From a virus (lineage: Duplodnaviria; Caudoviricetes), in the IMG/VR virus record IMGVR_UViG_3300010052_000200, positions 1-25,689 of that record: DNA of 25,689 nt; one strand, written 5' to 3'. The position numbers and the translations under genes are program-made. Under the pieces are notes generated by a model. The model saw only the letters and a program-made list of their open reading frames with translations. It was not told where the DNA came from and did not search any database. This document shows positions 24,081-25,689 of the stretch, piece after piece (position 1 is the stretch's first letter; each line of letters starts with the position of its first letter).

Positions 24081-24311
24081 ATGACCGTGGCTGGAGAGGC
24101 GCCCATCACCCTGAGCCGGCTGGAGCGTGGCATGGACACGCTCTGCCGGATCATGGCCGACGAGGAGCCGGAATACGCTGAAAAGCTGATCCCGCTCTAT
24201 CGGCTGCTCGAAACCGAGATCGAGGCGCGCCGCGCCAGCCTCAGCACCATCGATGCCGCCAGGGCGCGCGCCCGCGACCTCAAACGCTCTTCTCATCGAA
24301 CGGCAGCGTGA
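24081..24311 (+). CDS. Small helical hypothetical protein (76 aa)
   Basis: Starts 3 nt after the previous stop codon; its 3' end overlaps the integrase 3' end convergently. Confidence 0.65.
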   Translation: MTVAGEAPITLSRLERGMDTLCRIMADEEPEYAEKLIPLYRLLETEIEARRASLSTIDAARARARDLKRSSHRTAA

Positions 24312-25653
24312 TCGCTGCGAGCGCCTTGCGCCGCAGCTCCAGCGAACCACCCGTCCCATATTCCGGCCGGTCAAGCGCATGCCCCATGATGATCTTGCGC
24401 AGCTCGGCGTCGACCTTCCCATCCTTCATCCGATCCTCGAAGCTGTGGCGCAGCGAGTAGAGCACGTGCCGCGGCGACGGCATTAGGCTCAGCTTCCGCA
24501 GCTGCTTGTTGACGAGGGCAGAGAGGCTGCTCGACTTGTCGCGATAGCGATCAAAGCCGTTCGGAAATTTCTTGAACACGGCAAGCGACACGCCGAGCAG
24601 CGGGATCATCCGCACCGCCGCGTTGGACTTCACCTCGCGCGGATCGTCCGGATCGTCCCGCGGCTCCACCAGCACGTGCGGCACCTTGTGTTTGAGCAAG
24701 ATATGGTTCGCCCTGAGGTTCACCACCTCGCTCGGCCGCATGCCGGTTTCCACCATGGCTAGGATGGCGCCGCGCGCCTCGTCGTTGAGGCTCGCCAGTG
24801 CGCCCTTGGCCAGGATCTTTTCCCGTATCCATTCGGTGGGGAACGGTGGCCGCTTCTGCCGGCGTTGCCGCTCGGTGAAGCTCAGGTCGTCGAACGGGTT
24901 CGGCCGATCGCGCTGCCCCAGGTGCCGCCAGTAATCGCGATAGAAGCTGCGCATGCTGGAGAGGTCGCGGTTGCCCGACGAGGGCGAGTGCGTCTGGCGG
25001 GCCCCGTCCTCGGTCGGCGCGATCCGCTTCCGCCACAGGTCGTAGACCTTGAGTGCATGTTCGCGCGCAATGTCGTCCATCGCGACCTCGCCGTTGAGGT
25101 CGCGGAAATTGTTGACCGCGCGGCGCATCACCTTGGTCCACTGCCGGCGCTGCTCCTCGCTCTTGCCGGCGATGATCGAAGGCGCGATCTCCTGCAGGTA
25201 GAACTCGAAGCCCTTCGTCAGCGTAACCCGCGGCGCCTCGATGAGGCCAAGCACCGCCCGGCTGGTCGCCCGCGGCGTCCGATCGTCGGCTACGGCTTCC
25301 AGCCGGTTCAGCAAGTCACCAAGCCGCGCCGGGCCGGCCGTCTCGATTGGCCGGTAGGCGAACCCCATCGCCTCGCTACGCTTGACCGCCTCATGGTGGC
25401 GCAGCTTCGCCAGCTCCATGCCATCGCCGTTGAGCAGCGACGCCCAGAACGCATCGTCCGCGGCCTCGAGCGCGTCGCGCTTCTGCCGCGCCAGCGCGCG
25501 GTCACGCGTTTTGAGAGTGACCCGCACATGCGGCGCTCGATTGTCAGCGTCGGCAACCGAGGCGGGTACCCGGCGCTTGTAATGGAATGTGCCACCGCGC
25601 TCGACGATGAAGCGGTCAGGATCAAGCTGTTCTGAGGACTTGCGTAGCGGCAT
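24280..25653 (-). CDS. int: Tyrosine recombinase / phage integrase with N-terminal arm-binding (DUF6538-like) domain
   Basis: N-terminal RGGTFHYKRRVP...VTLKTRD. Catalytic motifs TGMRPSE (R), VKS (K), YSLRH, MGH and EYG (Y). Start taken at MPLRK (25653); 25689 is an alternative. Confidence 0.93.
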   Translation of the reverse strand: MPLRKSSEQLDPDRFIVERGGTFHYKRRVPASVADADNRAPHVRVTLKTRDRALARQKRDALEAADDAFWASLLNGDGMELAKLRHHEAVKRSEAMGFAYRPIETAGPARLGDLLNRLEAVADDRTPRATSRAVLGLIEAPRVTLTKGFEFYLQEIAPSIIAGKSEEQRRQWTKVMRRAVNNFRDLNGEVAMDDIAREHALKVYDLWRKRIAPTEDGARQTHSPSSGNRDLSSMRSFYRDYWRHLGQRDRPNPFDDLSFTERQRRQKRPPFPTEWIREKILAKGALASLNDEARGAILAMVETGMRPSEVVNLRANHILLKHKVPHVLVEPRDDPDDPREVKSNAAVRMIPLLGVSLAVFKKFPNGFDRYRDKSSSLSALVNKQLRKLSLMPSPRHVLYSLRHSFEDRMKDGKVDAELRKIIMGHALDRPEYGTGGSLELRRKALAAITLPFDEKSV

Positions 25654-25664
25654 CGGCGGGGAGG

Positions 25665-25685
25665 TTGTGGCACCGTTTGTGGCAC
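25665..25685. repeat. TTGTGGCAC direct repeat, candidate integrase arm-type sites near att
   Basis: TTGTGGCAC at 25665-25673 and 25677-25685, just upstream of the integrase start. Confidence 0.5.
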
Positions 25686-25689
25686 ACAT

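Larger units (their letters stand above)
1..25689. mobile_element. Lambda-like temperate prophage (integrase through head module; continues beyond the left edge)
   Basis: Lambdoid order int - early genes - cI/cro - replication - antiterminator - cos - terS/terL - portal - capsid, with no obvious frameshifts. Confidence 0.95.

Overview
A GC-rich, lambda-like temperate prophage segment. Gene content and promoter style suggest an alphaproteobacterial host (inference). From the right end it holds a tyrosine integrase, a short rightward early operon, a lipoprotein moron, and a cI/cro switch with five 17-bp operators. A long leftward operon follows: cro, a CII-like gene, a ParB-like multidomain protein, an SNF2-like helicase fused to a beta-class DNA methyltransferase, a MazG-like protein, a zinc-finger/TOPRIM primase, a P4/D5-type helicase, an iteron-like repeat tract and a NusG-family antiterminator. 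After a lambda-type cos site comes the head module (TerS, TerL, gpW, portal, ClpP-capsid fusion, DUF2190, head closure, possible head-spike genes), which runs off the left edge. The most unusual feature is a complete endonuclease VII-type gene nested on the same strand, in another reading frame, inside the helicase-methyltransferase gene. The host frame stays open across it, with no visible intron or intein signals. Also notable are a dispersed CCGCAAWTTTGCGG palindrome (one degenerate copy inside the ParB-like gene) and two antisense genes, each spanned by a translationally coupled ORF. All family calls come from motif recognition; no database searches were run.
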